This document shows positions 45,572-56,479 of a stretch of DNA of 64,000 bases, one piece after another. Positions within the stretch are counted from its first letter, which is position 1, and the number at the start of each line of letters is the position of its first letter. The notes below the pieces were generated by a model, which did no database searches, was not told where the DNA came from, and worked only from the letters and a program-made list of their open reading frames with translations. A program made the position numbers and the translations under genes. Location of the stretch: positions 46,124-110,123 of the forward strand of contig JBJXEM010000006.1 of the NCBI GenBank assembly GCA_046154225.1. The letters run 5' to 3'. Origin of the DNA: Rickettsiales bacterium (lineage in GTDB: Bacteria; Pseudomonadota; Alphaproteobacteria; Rickettsiales; UBA3002).

Positions 45572-46456
45572 CTACTGCGCCCAGTGTTTCGTCTCGATAC
45601 CCTGCACATACAGCAGCGCGCTTAAATCGTTGAAATGGATGGCGGCGTGGGTGTGGGCGACCACGGCGGGTTTCGCGTGATAGGCCACGCCGAGGCCGGC
45701 GGTTTGCAGCATGGGTAAGTCGTTCGCGCCGTCGCCAATCGCTACGCATGCCGACAATGGAACGGCGCGTTGGCGGGCGAAGTGCAGCAATGCTTCGCGC
45801 TTGGCTTCGCGGCCCAGAATTGGCTCCACCACGCGACCGGTGAGCAACTCCCCTGCCATTTCCAGCCGGTTGGCCTCTTGCGCATCGAACCCAAGCGCTG
45901 CGGCTACGTGTGCGGTGAAAAAGGTGAACCCGCCCGATACCAACACCGTATACACCCCGCGCGATTTGAGGGTGGCGAGCAACGTGGCGGCACCTTGCAT
46001 GGGCGTAATTTGTTCGTCATACACGCGCTGTAAGGTGCTGGTGGAAAGCCCCTTTAGCAGTCCCACGCGCTCGCGCAGGGCGGTGGCAAAATCCAGTTCG
46101 CCGTTCATGGCGCGCGCGGTGATGGCCGACACTTCGGCGCGCAAACCCACGCAGGCGGCCAGTTCGTCGATGCATTCCTGCTCGATGAGGGTCGAGTCCA
46201 TGTCCGACACCAGCAGTTTTTTCTCGCGGGTGGCAAGCGGTTGCATCACGCAGTCGATGCGCTGCGCGTGCGCCGCGTCGCGAATTTTCTGCCACGCAAT
46301 TTCCGGTAGCCGGTGCTCCAGTTCGACATCGCAGGCCACCCCTGGCTCCAGCCAGCGTATCGGCATGCCCGCCACGCTCGCCGTGAGGCGGGTGACAGTG
46401 GCGCCAAGGTCGATTAAGTTCGGTTGCGAAGCAATGAAGGTGATAACGTGGCGCAT
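45572..46456 (-). CDS. serB: phosphoserine phosphatase SerB
   Basis: HAD motif I LVSDMDSTLIEQECIDELA. GDGANDLPML motif. N-terminal ACT-like region. Confidence 0.85.
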   Translation of the reverse strand: MRHVITFIASQPNLIDLGATVTRLTASVAGMPIRWLEPGVACDVELEHRLPEIAWQKIRDAAHAQRIDCVMQPLATREKKLLVSDMDSTLIEQECIDELAACVGLRAEVSAITARAMNGELDFATALRERVGLLKGLSTSTLQRVYDEQITPMQGAATLLATLKSRGVYTVLVSGGFTFFTAHVAAALGFDAQEANRLEMAGELLTGRVVEPILGREAKREALLHFARQRAVPLSACVAIGDGANDLPMLQTAGLGVAYHAKPAVVAHTHAAIHFNDLSALLYVQGIETKHWAQ

Positions 46457-47347
46457 GCGAAATCCATAAGCGTTTTGATGGGACCGACCGGCTCGGGCAA
46501 GTCGGCGCTAGCGTTGCGCATAGCGCAGGCCGCGCCCACTGTCATCATCAATGCCGACGCGATGCAGCTGGTGGCCGATCTGCGCATCCTCACCGCGCGG
46601 CCAACGCGTGCGGATGAAGCGTTGGCCGAACATGCGCTGTATGGTGTGCTCGACGCGGGCGAACCCACTTCCGTCGCCCGTTGGTTGATGCTCGTGGAAC
46701 CGGTGATCCGCACCGCGTGGGACGAGAATAAACAACCACTGCTGGTCGGCGGTACCGGCATGTATGTGCAGGCGTTGATGCAAGGGCTCGCCAGCATTCC
46801 GCCGATTCCAGAAGCAATTCGCGCCCCCCTGCGCGCCCTCACCGCACCCGAGCTTTATGCCCGCCTCAGCGCGCGCGATTCTGCTATGGCCGCAAGCCTC
46901 AAGCCCGGCGACACCCAGCGCCTCGCCCGCGCGCTTGAAGTTGTCGAAGCCACCGGCCAGAGTTTGGCGCACTGGCAGCAGCAAAAAGCGCAGCCGCTAT
47001 TCCCGGATGCAACCTATCGCATTTTCGCCCTCACGCCCGATCGCGCGCAGCTGTATCCGCGCCTGAATGCGCGGTTTGAAGCTATGCTGGCGGCAGGCGC
47101 GATGGATGAAATCACGCGCCTGATGGCCCGCCAGTTACCGCCCGACACCCCCATCCTGCGTGCCCACGGCGTGCCGGAGCTGATGGCCCACGCCCGTGGC
47201 GAAATAACGCTGGAAGCCGCCACCACCCACGCCCAGCAGCTCACCCGCAACTACGCCAAGCGCCAGCTGACCTGGATACGCCAGCAGTTGCCAGAAGTAC
47301 GCAAAGTGCAGCCGGACGAGAATCTTAACACATTCTTCACACTTTAG
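46424..47347 (+). CDS. miaA: tRNA dimethylallyltransferase MiaA
   Basis: P-loop LMGPTGSGKSALA and the IPP-transferase core. The start is uncertain (ATG 46424 or GTG 46448). Either one overlaps the divergent serB start. Confidence 0.82.
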   Translation: MRSNEGDNVAHAKSISVLMGPTGSGKSALALRIAQAAPTVIINADAMQLVADLRILTARPTRADEALAEHALYGVLDAGEPTSVARWLMLVEPVIRTAWDENKQPLLVGGTGMYVQALMQGLASIPPIPEAIRAPLRALTAPELYARLSARDSAMAASLKPGDTQRLARALEVVEATGQSLAHWQQQKAQPLFPDATYRIFALTPDRAQLYPRLNARFEAMLAAGAMDEITRLMARQLPPDTPILRAHGVPELMAHARGEITLEAATTHAQQLTRNYAKRQLTWIRQQLPEVRKVQPDENLNTFFTL

Positions 47348-47384
47348 GCGGCGTTCCTCTGCTCTATGAGTGGCAGGAGATTAT

Positions 47385-49319
47385 ATGGGTACTGAACCAT
47401 CAACAGAAATGCCAAGCGGCGAAGATTACGATGCCGTGCAACAATCGCTGCAAAAAGCTTTCAAAGTGGCCGATGAAAGCTTTGCTAAGCATTTTGCCGA
47501 CTGGTGGTCGGCGATGGGTACGGATGCGATGAATAAACAATTAAGTGGCGAGATCGATATTCCGGACTCGCGCTTTTCGCGCCGTCGTCTGGTCAACGCC
47601 CTCGGTGAAAGCCGTAAGCGACTGGAAGCGCGAATGCAAAAAGTCAGCAATCAGAATGCTTTTATCGAAGAATGCTACGATTCGATTGAAGCGGAAATGG
47701 AAGAGCTGTTTTTTGTCACGAATAACCGTGCCGAAGCCAAAATGGTGCAGGATTATTTTTTACGCTTCCTGGCAGCAGCCTCGGGTGAGCTCGAATTATC
47801 CGGCCACATGGAAAAAGAAGTGGCGGAGTATTGTCAGGCATTCAAGGAATATTACGATATTGGTTTTGAGTCGTACGACGACCTGCGTGAGATTGTGCAT
47901 GAAGTAAGCGGCGGCACCACTCACAGCATCGTTGCGCTGGCGATGTCTCAGCACGCATCGGATGAATCTTCCAAACGTGGGATCAGTAAACTGCCCAAGC
48001 TCTCGGAGCAGTCGCAACCCGCCCGGGATATGATCAAAGCCATGACCGTTCCTGCCTATAATGCGCTGCTGGCGAGCGAATATGGGCTCAGCTACGAACC
48101 TAACCAAGTATTTCACTACAGCACTCCTTGGATTTGTTATCAGGCGCGTGAACTTTCAGGGGCACAGTATGAACTTAATCTGCCGCGCCGTTTCAGCCGA
48201 TCGCAGCAGCAAACCAATGCGATTGAAGGGGTGAAACTCGAGCGTGAATTGATGCGTCATGTCAGCGAATTGATTGCCAAAGAAGGAAACATATTCGGGC
48301 TGATTGATGCGTCCGTCATGTTTAATCATAAACGGGCCGAAGCCAATCAGGTACCGGAAGGGTTTCCGGACATGCTGCACGAAGCCTGTGCCCGGGCCGA
48401 ACATATTGCGGCCGAGCAATTCAAAGAAATCTACAACAGTCATATTCAACGATGGGCCAGCCTGCCCGCCGCGAAAAGCCGCGAGCTTGGCAAAAACGCC
48501 TGGCCGCTGCTTGACACCTGGGACATGGATAACGGCGTCGCCAGAGATATCGGCCACTACCTGACGGAGGCCGTGATCAATGCCTCGTCGCCGTTGCGCG
48601 TGGCGCGTCGCGCCGAACAAATAGTGGATGAAATGGCCGCCGATGTCATGCTCGGCTGCGTCAGCCCGGTACAATTTCGCTATGCCGAACAATATCTGAA
48701 AACCCTGCGGCGCGAACTGGGGTCGCAACTGCACGATGTTGGTCAGTTCCAGGCAGAAGCGTTTGCGCCGTTACGTCAGTTAGAAGAAAAATGCCGTTAT
48801 GCCTATGAGAGTGCAGAAGTGCTGCGCGAATGGGTACTTGACAGTACCGACCATAAATTCGACCGTCTGATGCAGGAACAATATTTGAAGCATGCGTTGA
48901 AAACCGGGCAGGCAATCCACCAGCTTAACCCGAATGAATGGGCCGACACCATCATGCCGAAAACGGCAAAATCATATCGGAAGTTGCTCAAAAATTCTGG
49001 GTTTTACCAGCGCGGCAAGGACCATGTGCTGCTACCCGTCATTGTGCGGCATGCGCGTCGGGTGGTCGATGCTGAGCTGGGGGCGGCACCTACATCTGAG
49101 GCAGGGGCTTCGAATGAGGAAATTACCGATTTTGAAACACGCTACTGGGAGCGCACGCGGGCATTAGTACAGGAAGCGCTCTCTGCCATGCCAGACCGTG
49201 ATGCGCTGACGGGAAACAGTCATCGTCGCTATCCTTTTAGTGCCGAGGATATGCATGAAGCCATCACCGACCTTGATGGCAAAGCAGCGCTGTTGACGCA
49301 TCGCGGTACGCGTCATTAA
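47385..49319 (+). CDS. hypothetical protein, 644 aa, AT-richer ORFan
   Basis: ATG 47385 is preceded by AGGAG. Acidic, predicted helical, no signal peptide and no motif I recognise. Confidence 0.55.
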   Translation: MGTEPSTEMPSGEDYDAVQQSLQKAFKVADESFAKHFADWWSAMGTDAMNKQLSGEIDIPDSRFSRRRLVNALGESRKRLEARMQKVSNQNAFIEECYDSIEAEMEELFFVTNNRAEAKMVQDYFLRFLAAASGELELSGHMEKEVAEYCQAFKEYYDIGFESYDDLREIVHEVSGGTTHSIVALAMSQHASDESSKRGISKLPKLSEQSQPARDMIKAMTVPAYNALLASEYGLSYEPNQVFHYSTPWICYQARELSGAQYELNLPRRFSRSQQQTNAIEGVKLERELMRHVSELIAKEGNIFGLIDASVMFNHKRAEANQVPEGFPDMLHEACARAEHIAAEQFKEIYNSHIQRWASLPAAKSRELGKNAWPLLDTWDMDNGVARDIGHYLTEAVINASSPLRVARRAEQIVDEMAADVMLGCVSPVQFRYAEQYLKTLRRELGSQLHDVGQFQAEAFAPLRQLEEKCRYAYESAEVLREWVLDSTDHKFDRLMQEQYLKHALKTGQAIHQLNPNEWADTIMPKTAKSYRKLLKNSGFYQRGKDHVLLPVIVRHARRVVDAELGAAPTSEAGASNEEITDFETRYWERTRALVQEALSAMPDRDALTGNSHRRYPFSAEDMHEAITDLDGKAALLTHRGTRH

Positions 49320-49325
49320 ACCCCT

Positions 49326-49370
49326 CTAAACGATTTTAGCTCTTGATTGCGTTGTTTAGATAAACTAAAC
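49326..49370. promoter_or_regulatory. pair of CTAAA(C)/(G)TTTAG palindromes upstream of the HTH-ilvI reading frame (candidate operator)
   Basis: CTAAACGATTTTAG (49326-49339) and GTTTAGATAAACTAAAC (49354-49370) share the half-site CTAAAC. They end 8 nt before ATG 49378. Confidence 0.45.
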
Positions 49371-49377
49371 ATAGCAC

Positions 49378-51348
49378 ATGGATTTTAAAGAGCGCATTAT
49401 TACGAAATTCGGCGGCACCGGGGCGGTGGCGGAGATTTGTGACGTCACGCCCGGCGCGGTTTCGCAGTGGGACATGATTCCGGCGCGGCACCAGCGCACG
49501 CTGCTGGCCGAAGCGCGGGCGCGCAATATTCGCCTGAGCGCTGAGGATTTTATCGGCGCTGCGCCCGGCGCCCAACGCAAGACCGCACCCGCAAAAACGG
49601 CGACCGAGCGCGAGTTGACCGGCGCAGAAATCGTCATCCAGTCGATGCTCGATAACGGCACGGAAGTGGTGTTCGGCTACCCCGGTGGCGCGGTGCTGCC
49701 GGTGTATGACGCGCTGTTCAAGCAAAACAAACTGCGCCATATTCTGGTGCGTCATGAGCAGGGCGCAGGCCACGCGGCGGAAGGCTATGCGCGCTCGACC
49801 GGCAAAGTAGGCGTGCTGATGGTAACCAGCGGCCCGGGCGCGACCAATACCGTCACCGCGCTGTGCGACGCGTTGATGGATTCGATTCCGCTGGTATGCA
49901 TCACGGGGCAGGTGCCCACGCATTTAATCGGCACCGACGCGTTTCAGGAAGCCGACATTGTGGGCATCACCCGCAGCGCCACCAAGCATAATTACTTGGT
50001 AAAAGACGTGAACGATCTGGGCCGCATTCTGCACGAAGCGTTTCATGTGGCCGTGACCGGCCGCCCGGGCCCGGTGCTGGTCGATATCCCCAAAGACATC
50101 ATGAACGCGACGGGTATTTATCGTGGCGCCGAGGGCATTCGTCGCCAGAGTTACAACCCCGTGAAAAAGCCCGATGCGCGTATGGTCGAGCGCGCGGTCG
50201 AGCTGATGGCGCGCGCCAAGCGGCCGTTGTTTTACGTCGGCGGCGGGGTGGTGAATGCGGGCGACGCGGCCTGCGCAGGCCTCATTAAACTCGCGCACAT
50301 GACTAAATTTCCGGTGACGACGACCCTCATGGGCCTCGGCGCGTTCCCGGGTGACGACCCGCAGTTTCTGGGTATGCCCGGCATGCACGGCTCGCTGGAA
50401 GCCAACATGTGCATGAGCGAGTGCGACGTGATGATCAATATCGGCGCGCGATTCGACGACCGAGTGACCGGACGGCTCGACGCGTTCAGCGTGAAAAGCA
50501 AAAAAATCCATGTCGATATCGACGCCAGTTCCATCAATAAAATCGTACCGGTCGATATTGCCATCAGCGGCGACGCGGGCGAAGTGATCGCCATGATGAT
50601 TGCGCTGTGGCGCAAGAAAAAACTGGAGCCGCAACGCGACGCGCTTGTCAAATGGAACAAGCAGATAGCAGGCTGGCGGGCGCGCGATTCGTTTGGCTAC
50701 AAACAGGTGGGCAAGCATATTAAACCGCAGCATGCGCTGCGCCGGCTGAATCATTTTCTCAAAGCCAAAGATTTTTTCGTGACGACCGATGTGGGCCAGC
50801 ACCAGATGTGGGCGGCGCAGCACATCCTGTACAACAAGCCGAACCGGTGGATGACGTCGGGCGGGCTTGGCACCATGGGTTATGGGTTCCCGGCCGCTAT
50901 CGGCGTGCAAATTGCGCACCCGAAAGCGCCCGTGGTGTGCGTTACGGGCGAGTCGAGCTTTATGATGAATATTCAGGAAATGAGCACCGCTGTGCAATAT
51001 CGCCTGCCGGTGAAAATCATGATTCTGAACAACCAGTATATGGGCATGGTGCGCCAGTGGCAGGAGATGTTTTATTCCAGCCGCTATTCCGAATCCTACA
51101 TGGACTCGCTGCCGGATTTCGTGAAATGCGCCGAGAGTTTCGGCATGAAAGGCATTCGCTGCAAAGACCCGGCGAAACTCGACGAATGCATCAAAGAAAT
51201 GCTCGCACATCCGGGGCCGGTGCTGTTCGATTGCTGGGTCGACCCTAAGGAAAATGTGTATCCCATGATTCCGGCCGGTGCCGCGCACCATGAACTGGTG
51301 CTGGGCCCCGAAGAGCCGCAGCGCGTGCTGGATAAAAACCGGGTGTAG
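49378..51348 (+). CDS. ilvI: acetolactate synthase (AHAS) large subunit, read in one frame with an N-terminal Cro/YdaS-like HTH segment
   Basis: From [34 protein letters not shown] onward this is a canonical ThDP-dependent AHAS ([15 protein letters not shown]...). The preceding 79 codons ([38 protein letters not shown]...) have no stop. An alternative AHAS-only start is TTG 49615. Confidence 0.85.
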   Translation: MDFKERIITKFGGTGAVAEICDVTPGAVSQWDMIPARHQRTLLAEARARNIRLSAEDFIGAAPGAQRKTAPAKTATERELTGAEIVIQSMLDNGTEVVFGYPGGAVLPVYDALFKQNKLRHILVRHEQGAGHAAEGYARSTGKVGVLMVTSGPGATNTVTALCDALMDSIPLVCITGQVPTHLIGTDAFQEADIVGITRSATKHNYLVKDVNDLGRILHEAFHVAVTGRPGPVLVDIPKDIMNATGIYRGAEGIRRQSYNPVKKPDARMVERAVELMARAKRPLFYVGGGVVNAGDAACAGLIKLAHMTKFPVTTTLMGLGAFPGDDPQFLGMPGMHGSLEANMCMSECDVMINIGARFDDRVTGRLDAFSVKSKKIHVDIDASSINKIVPVDIAISGDAGEVIAMMIALWRKKKLEPQRDALVKWNKQIAGWRARDSFGYKQVGKHIKPQHALRRLNHFLKAKDFFVTTDVGQHQMWAAQHILYNKPNRWMTSGGLGTMGYGFPAAIGVQIAHPKAPVVCVTGESSFMMNIQEMSTAVQYRLPVKIMILNNQYMGMVRQWQEMFYSSRYSESYMDSLPDFVKCAESFGMKGIRCKDPAKLDECIKEMLAHPGPVLFDCWVDPKENVYPMIPAGAAHHELVLGPEEPQRVLDKNRV

Positions 51349-51358
51349 GAGGCAGATT

Positions 51359-51865
51359 ATGACCACCGATGAAATGGAGCGCATGCCGCACAAACGGCCG
51401 GATGATGAATTGGCTAAAATTGTGGCAGAATTCGCACCGCGCACCCGCGAGTTCGTGGACTATGCCGATACGCTGGGTGAAGACGTGTTCGCAGACGACG
51501 AAGTGAAAACACGATTCCATGACTACCGTACCCAGTACGAGGCCGCGCTCGGCGAGCATTTCGACCGCTATGTCGCGCAGCATGAGCTTCCCGAGTCGGC
51601 CACGGAACAGGACAAGTTCAACGCACGTGAGTCATTCGCCGAGCAGAGCGCAGAGTATAACGAAAATGAAGCAGTCACCGAGCACATAGCCGCTAAAACC
51701 CAGGGTGACAGTGACGCTAAGCGTCACGCCCACCAGATGCGGCTTGAAACGCATTTTGGCACCTTGCGTAATGACTACCTTCGGGACAAGGCGGTGGCCG
51801 AGCGGCAGAACGAATCATGGGTGGCGTCCAGCACCAGACGCACACCGAGAGAGCAGGGTATGTAA
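51359..51865 (+). CDS. hypothetical acidic protein, 168 aa, in the position normally taken by ilvH
   Basis: ATG 51359 is preceded by a strong TAGGAGG, 10 nt after the ilvI stop. Asp/Glu-rich helical sequence. The 51278 start in the track overlaps ilvI and has no ribosome-binding site. Confidence 0.55.
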   Translation: MTTDEMERMPHKRPDDELAKIVAEFAPRTREFVDYADTLGEDVFADDEVKTRFHDYRTQYEAALGEHFDRYVAQHELPESATEQDKFNARESFAEQSAEYNENEAVTEHIAAKTQGDSDAKRHAHQMRLETHFGTLRNDYLRDKAVAERQNESWVASSTRRTPREQGM

Positions 51866-52015
51866 TGCAATGGCTGGCAGTATTAGCGCCTTAGCCAGCG
51901 GGATTGAGCCCTAGGCTGCTTTAAAGCCCGACAGATTACGCAGATGGCGTAACGCGTGACAATTTCGGCCATTGCCCGCCGGGGTTAGCTAAGCAAGGTC
52001 GCTGCTAAGCGCGAA

Positions 52016-52699
52016 TTAAAGATTCCACGAAGCGCCGATGCCGAGCACTGGTCTTTCGAGGCTGCTGTTTTGAATCATGACGGGGTGGAAATGCACCTGG
52101 TATTGGTCGTAATCGCTGATCGGCCCACGCGGGGCGCTCCAAAACTGGATTTCGCCGATGACGAAGCCCGAGATGCCGGTCACCAGCGCGTCGTTCGTGC
52201 GGCCGATTTGTGAGATGACAATGCCCGATACAGCATTGAACCCAGCATTCGCCAAATGCGGCACGAGTTCATAAGGTTCGTGCGCGCGCTCGGCACTGTC
52301 GCGAAGTAACGACTCTTTGCGGTTGAGGCATTGCGCCGGACTGTCGAGGTCGCTGCATACCGTGTCGGCGTTGAAAGCGGGCAGGGGACGGAAAATCACA
52401 TCGCCGACACCGACTAGGCTTTGCACGGCGTTCACAATGTTGCCGTTGCGTTTTTTGGCGTCATTCTCGCCCACAGACAGCGCGGTGGTGTAAATGAGGG
52501 CGGCGCCGTTAAAGCTACCCCAGCCATATTGCCAGTAATCGGCCTGCTTTTTTTGTTCGTTTAGCAGACGGGTGGTTTCGAAATAACGCGTGTCGAATTG
52601 TGGGCCGTTCACGCCTACTTTGGCCGAAGGTTCGGCCTGCGCTGAAACGGCGAAGCTGATGACAAGCGCCATGTGTAAAACGAGCTGGCGTAGATGCAT
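52016..52699 (-). CDS. hypothetical secreted protein, 227 aa
   Basis: ATG 52699 is preceded by GGAGA. Signal peptide MHLRQLVLHMALVISFAVSAQA. No recognisable family. Confidence 0.5.
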   Translation of the reverse strand: MHLRQLVLHMALVISFAVSAQAEPSAKVGVNGPQFDTRYFETTRLLNEQKKQADYWQYGWGSFNGAALIYTTALSVGENDAKKRNGNIVNAVQSLVGVGDVIFRPLPAFNADTVCSDLDSPAQCLNRKESLLRDSAERAHEPYELVPHLANAGFNAVSGIVISQIGRTNDALVTGISGFVIGEIQFWSAPRGPISDYDQYQVHFHPVMIQNSSLERPVLGIGASWNL

Positions 52700-52871
52700 A
52701 CGGTATCTCCAAAGTTGTCCTGATCCGAGCGATCGATGCAGGCAAGGGCATAAAATTTCGAGGTAGAAAATACGACAATTCACATTTTTGTCCAGTTTTT
52801 ACGTACAGTCAGCCCCTAAATGCCGCAGTATTGGGCTTGTAACGGGCCCGCAGCTGCGTTAAAACGCGCGC

Positions 52872-53420
52872 ATGAGCCAAGAATCCCTCGATATCGTCTA
52901 TGACATCCCCGATGACGTGGTCGTCGAAGACCGCCATATTCTGGCGGTGCTGGTCGATGACGAATTCGGCGTGCTGAACCGTGTGGTGGGGCTATTTTCG
53001 GCACGCGGCTATAACATTGAGTCGCTCACCGTGGCCGAAGTGGATGCGAAGAAAAACTATTCGCGCATCACTGTCGTCACCCGCGGGTCGGCTTCTAAAA
53101 TCAAGCACATCATCGCCCTGCTCGAGCGCATGGTGCCGGTGCATAAGGTGCATGATTTAAGCGTCGAAGGCCCGTTCATCGAGCGCGAGCTGGCGCTGGT
53201 GAAAGTGGCCGGCACCGGCGACGAACGCGTGGAAGCCCTGCGCATCGCCGATATTTTTCGCGCTAAACCTGTAGACACCACTATCGAGAGTTTCGTGTTC
53301 GAAATCACCGGCACTACGGAAAAAGTCGACACCTTCATCGGCCTGATGAAACCTCTGGGTTTGGCAGAAGTATGCCGCACCGGGGTGGCCAGCGTGGCGC
53401 GCGGGCCGAAGGGCATATAG
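52872..53420 (+). CDS. ilvH: acetolactate synthase small (regulatory) subunit
   Basis: ACT domain HILAVLVDDEFGVLNRVVGLFSARGYNIESLTV plus the ALS_ss_C region. 182 aa. Confidence 0.88.
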   Translation: MSQESLDIVYDIPDDVVVEDRHILAVLVDDEFGVLNRVVGLFSARGYNIESLTVAEVDAKKNYSRITVVTRGSASKIKHIIALLERMVPVHKVHDLSVEGPFIERELALVKVAGTGDERVEALRIADIFRAKPVDTTIESFVFEITGTTEKVDTFIGLMKPLGLAEVCRTGVASVARGPKGI

Positions 53421-53462
53421 CTTTTGCTTTTTTTGTCGGGCCCAATCGGCTAAACTCGACCC

Positions 53463-54674
53463 ATGACAGCAGCGACGATGGCAATGCCCAGGGGTGGCAA
53501 TATTTTCACGGCGCGGCAGTGGCGCGGGCGGCCTTATCTTATCAGCCCCGTGGCCGATTTTCTGATGGTGGGCGGGCTGGCGCTGATTCTCATTGTGCTG
53601 ATGGCTTTTTGGGTGCCGCGCGGCGTGATTAACGACGTGACGGCGCTGTCATTTTCACCGCTACTGGCGGCGCTGCTAACCTACCATATTTTCGCCATCA
53701 ATTACCCGCATTTCGCCTATTCTTACCAGATTGCCTACCGGCGCATGCATTATATTCGCGCGGCAAGCGGCCTGCGGCGCATAATCCGCTGGCGCTATGC
53801 GTTTGCATTGGTGATTTTCCCCATTCTGTATGTGGCCTATTGCGCTTATGCGCTGGCGTTAAAGGAACATTCCGGACTAGTGCTGCTGGGGCTGCTCATC
53901 AACCTCATGTATTTCACCGTCGGCTGGCATTACTGCAAACAGAGCTTTGGTATTTTGTTGGTGCTGTCGGCCTTGAAGGGCCTGTATTTTACGTCGGGCG
54001 AGCGGCGTGTACTGTTAGTGCATGCAGTGCTGGCCTGGCTGATGGCGTGGCTGGGCGGGAATATCTACCTGTTTGGCGACCAGTTTTGGGGGTTGCCCTA
54101 CCACTCGGCAGGCCTTAGCCGCTATGTGGCCGACTGGCAGCTCGAGACGTTCCACACATTGGGGGTGAACCTGACCTTCATGCTTGGGGTGCTGTGCGCT
54201 GTGATGCTAGTCCGCAGCGCCTATCGGGCCAGAAAATTCCCGTCGCTTACCGGGGCGCTCGGCTATTACATGATGTACCCGCTGATGCTGGTCTCGAGCG
54301 TGTTTCACCCCCTGTGGCTGTGGGTTTTACCCGCCATGCATTCGCTGCAATATTTGCTGTTCGTGTTCGCCTACCGGCGCGGCGAAGTGGTGCACATGCT
54401 GCCTGAACAAAACCACCCAAGCCCCGCGCCCAGCCTTCGCCTGCACGCCATCGCCGGTTTTGCAGCGCTTGGCGTGCTTATCGGCGCCATCCAGTTCAGC
54501 TGGCTGCCAAATTTGCTCGACGCGCTGGTCAACCCGGACAACAAACTCCACGTGCCCCTGTTGTTCATGGCGCTGTGCCAATTATTCGTGAATATTCATC
54601 ACTACTTCATCGACAACGTCATCTGGCGGCGCGAAAACCCCGAAGTGGGGCGCTATTTGATGGGGCGGGGCTAA
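53463..54674 (+). CDS. polytopic membrane protein with His-rich motifs, unknown function (403 aa)
   Basis: About 10 hydrophobic helices. Recurrent His motifs WHYCKQSFG, PAMHSLQY and VNIHHYFIDNVIWR suggest a membrane metalloenzyme. I cannot name the family. Confidence 0.55.
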   Translation: MTAATMAMPRGGNIFTARQWRGRPYLISPVADFLMVGGLALILIVLMAFWVPRGVINDVTALSFSPLLAALLTYHIFAINYPHFAYSYQIAYRRMHYIRAASGLRRIIRWRYAFALVIFPILYVAYCAYALALKEHSGLVLLGLLINLMYFTVGWHYCKQSFGILLVLSALKGLYFTSGERRVLLVHAVLAWLMAWLGGNIYLFGDQFWGLPYHSAGLSRYVADWQLETFHTLGVNLTFMLGVLCAVMLVRSAYRARKFPSLTGALGYYMMYPLMLVSSVFHPLWLWVLPAMHSLQYLLFVFAYRRGEVVHMLPEQNHPSPAPSLRLHAIAGFAALGVLIGAIQFSWLPNLLDALVNPDNKLHVPLLFMALCQLFVNIHHYFIDNVIWRRENPEVGRYLMGRG

Positions 54675-54756
54675 CACAAAACCCTTCCAATTCTCAAAAA
54701 ACCCGCTAAAAAGCTCGCTCGAAACGCGCGAGCCAGCAGGTCGCGCAAGCCATTAG

Positions 54757-55890
<1,134 letters not shown>

Positions 55891-55893
55891 ATT

Positions 55894-56370
55894 ATGTGTC
55901 GTTATGCATCTTATTTTTTTCTAATTATTGTTCTCATATTTCCGACCCTAGCATCTGCGTTAAGTTGCGGTCCAGATCTGGAGGCAACGTTTAATGAGGC
56001 ATTTAACGGCGCAGATATTATAGCCGTTGTCCAGCCTTTGGAGTCTTTCGATTCGGCAGTTGGCACTCTTACTGAAAACTGTGCAGGTTGTGCGTCCACC
56101 GCGAAGCTACAATTTCAGGTGCAGCGTTCTTATTTAGGTGTGCCTGCAGGCAAGAAAATAATGGTGCAAACCCCTTTCTATGAAACGCGTAAAGTTTACC
56201 AAGCGAAAGAGGGAGAATATTTTTTGGTCGCTAATTCCTACAATGATTCTTACATATTAGCACCTTGTGGCGGGCATATGTTATTTTCTATCGATACGCA
56301 GGATGTTAAAATGCTTGAGTTAGGAATGCGGGTGCAAAATCGTCTGGCGGCCGCAAAAACAAAACCCTAA
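55894..56370 (+). CDS. hypothetical secreted Cys-containing protein, 158 aa, strongly AT-richer ORFan
   Basis: Signal peptide MCRYASYFFLIIVLIFPTLASALSC. Six Cys residues. Clearly lower GC than ilvC, which ends 4 nt upstream. Confidence 0.5.
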   Translation: MCRYASYFFLIIVLIFPTLASALSCGPDLEATFNEAFNGADIIAVVQPLESFDSAVGTLTENCAGCASTAKLQFQVQRSYLGVPAGKKIMVQTPFYETRKVYQAKEGEYFLVANSYNDSYILAPCGGHMLFSIDTQDVKMLELGMRVQNRLAAAKTKP

Positions 56371-56479
56371 TCCCACTAGTTTCTTCCCTGCTAAAATGTA
56401 CCGAACGCATTGCGAGTCGTTCGCGCTTTTGTTACGCAGCAAATCGGTATAAAAAAGGGGAAATCATCAGGAGATTTCC

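Noticed and set aside
33073-49319. A shared CYD tripeptide also present in the 644-aa ORFan (FIEECYDSIEAE), as evidence that all the large ORFans are paralogues.
   Set aside because: A tripeptide match is expected by chance in proteins of this size. Only the duplicated 15-residue block within the 704-aa protein looks non-random by eye.
49924-51444. Very long antisense ORFs in the six-frame track: 506 aa opposite ilvI, 354 aa opposite ilvC (54706-55770), 455 aa opposite leuA (58009-59376), 296 aa opposite gdhB (11588-12478) and many others.
   Set aside because: They lie opposite genes with unmistakable conserved motifs. Their products are Arg/Ala/Gly/His-rich low-complexity sequences, typical of stop-codon-poor antisense frames in GC-rich DNA. 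None has a ribosome-binding site or a recognisable motif.
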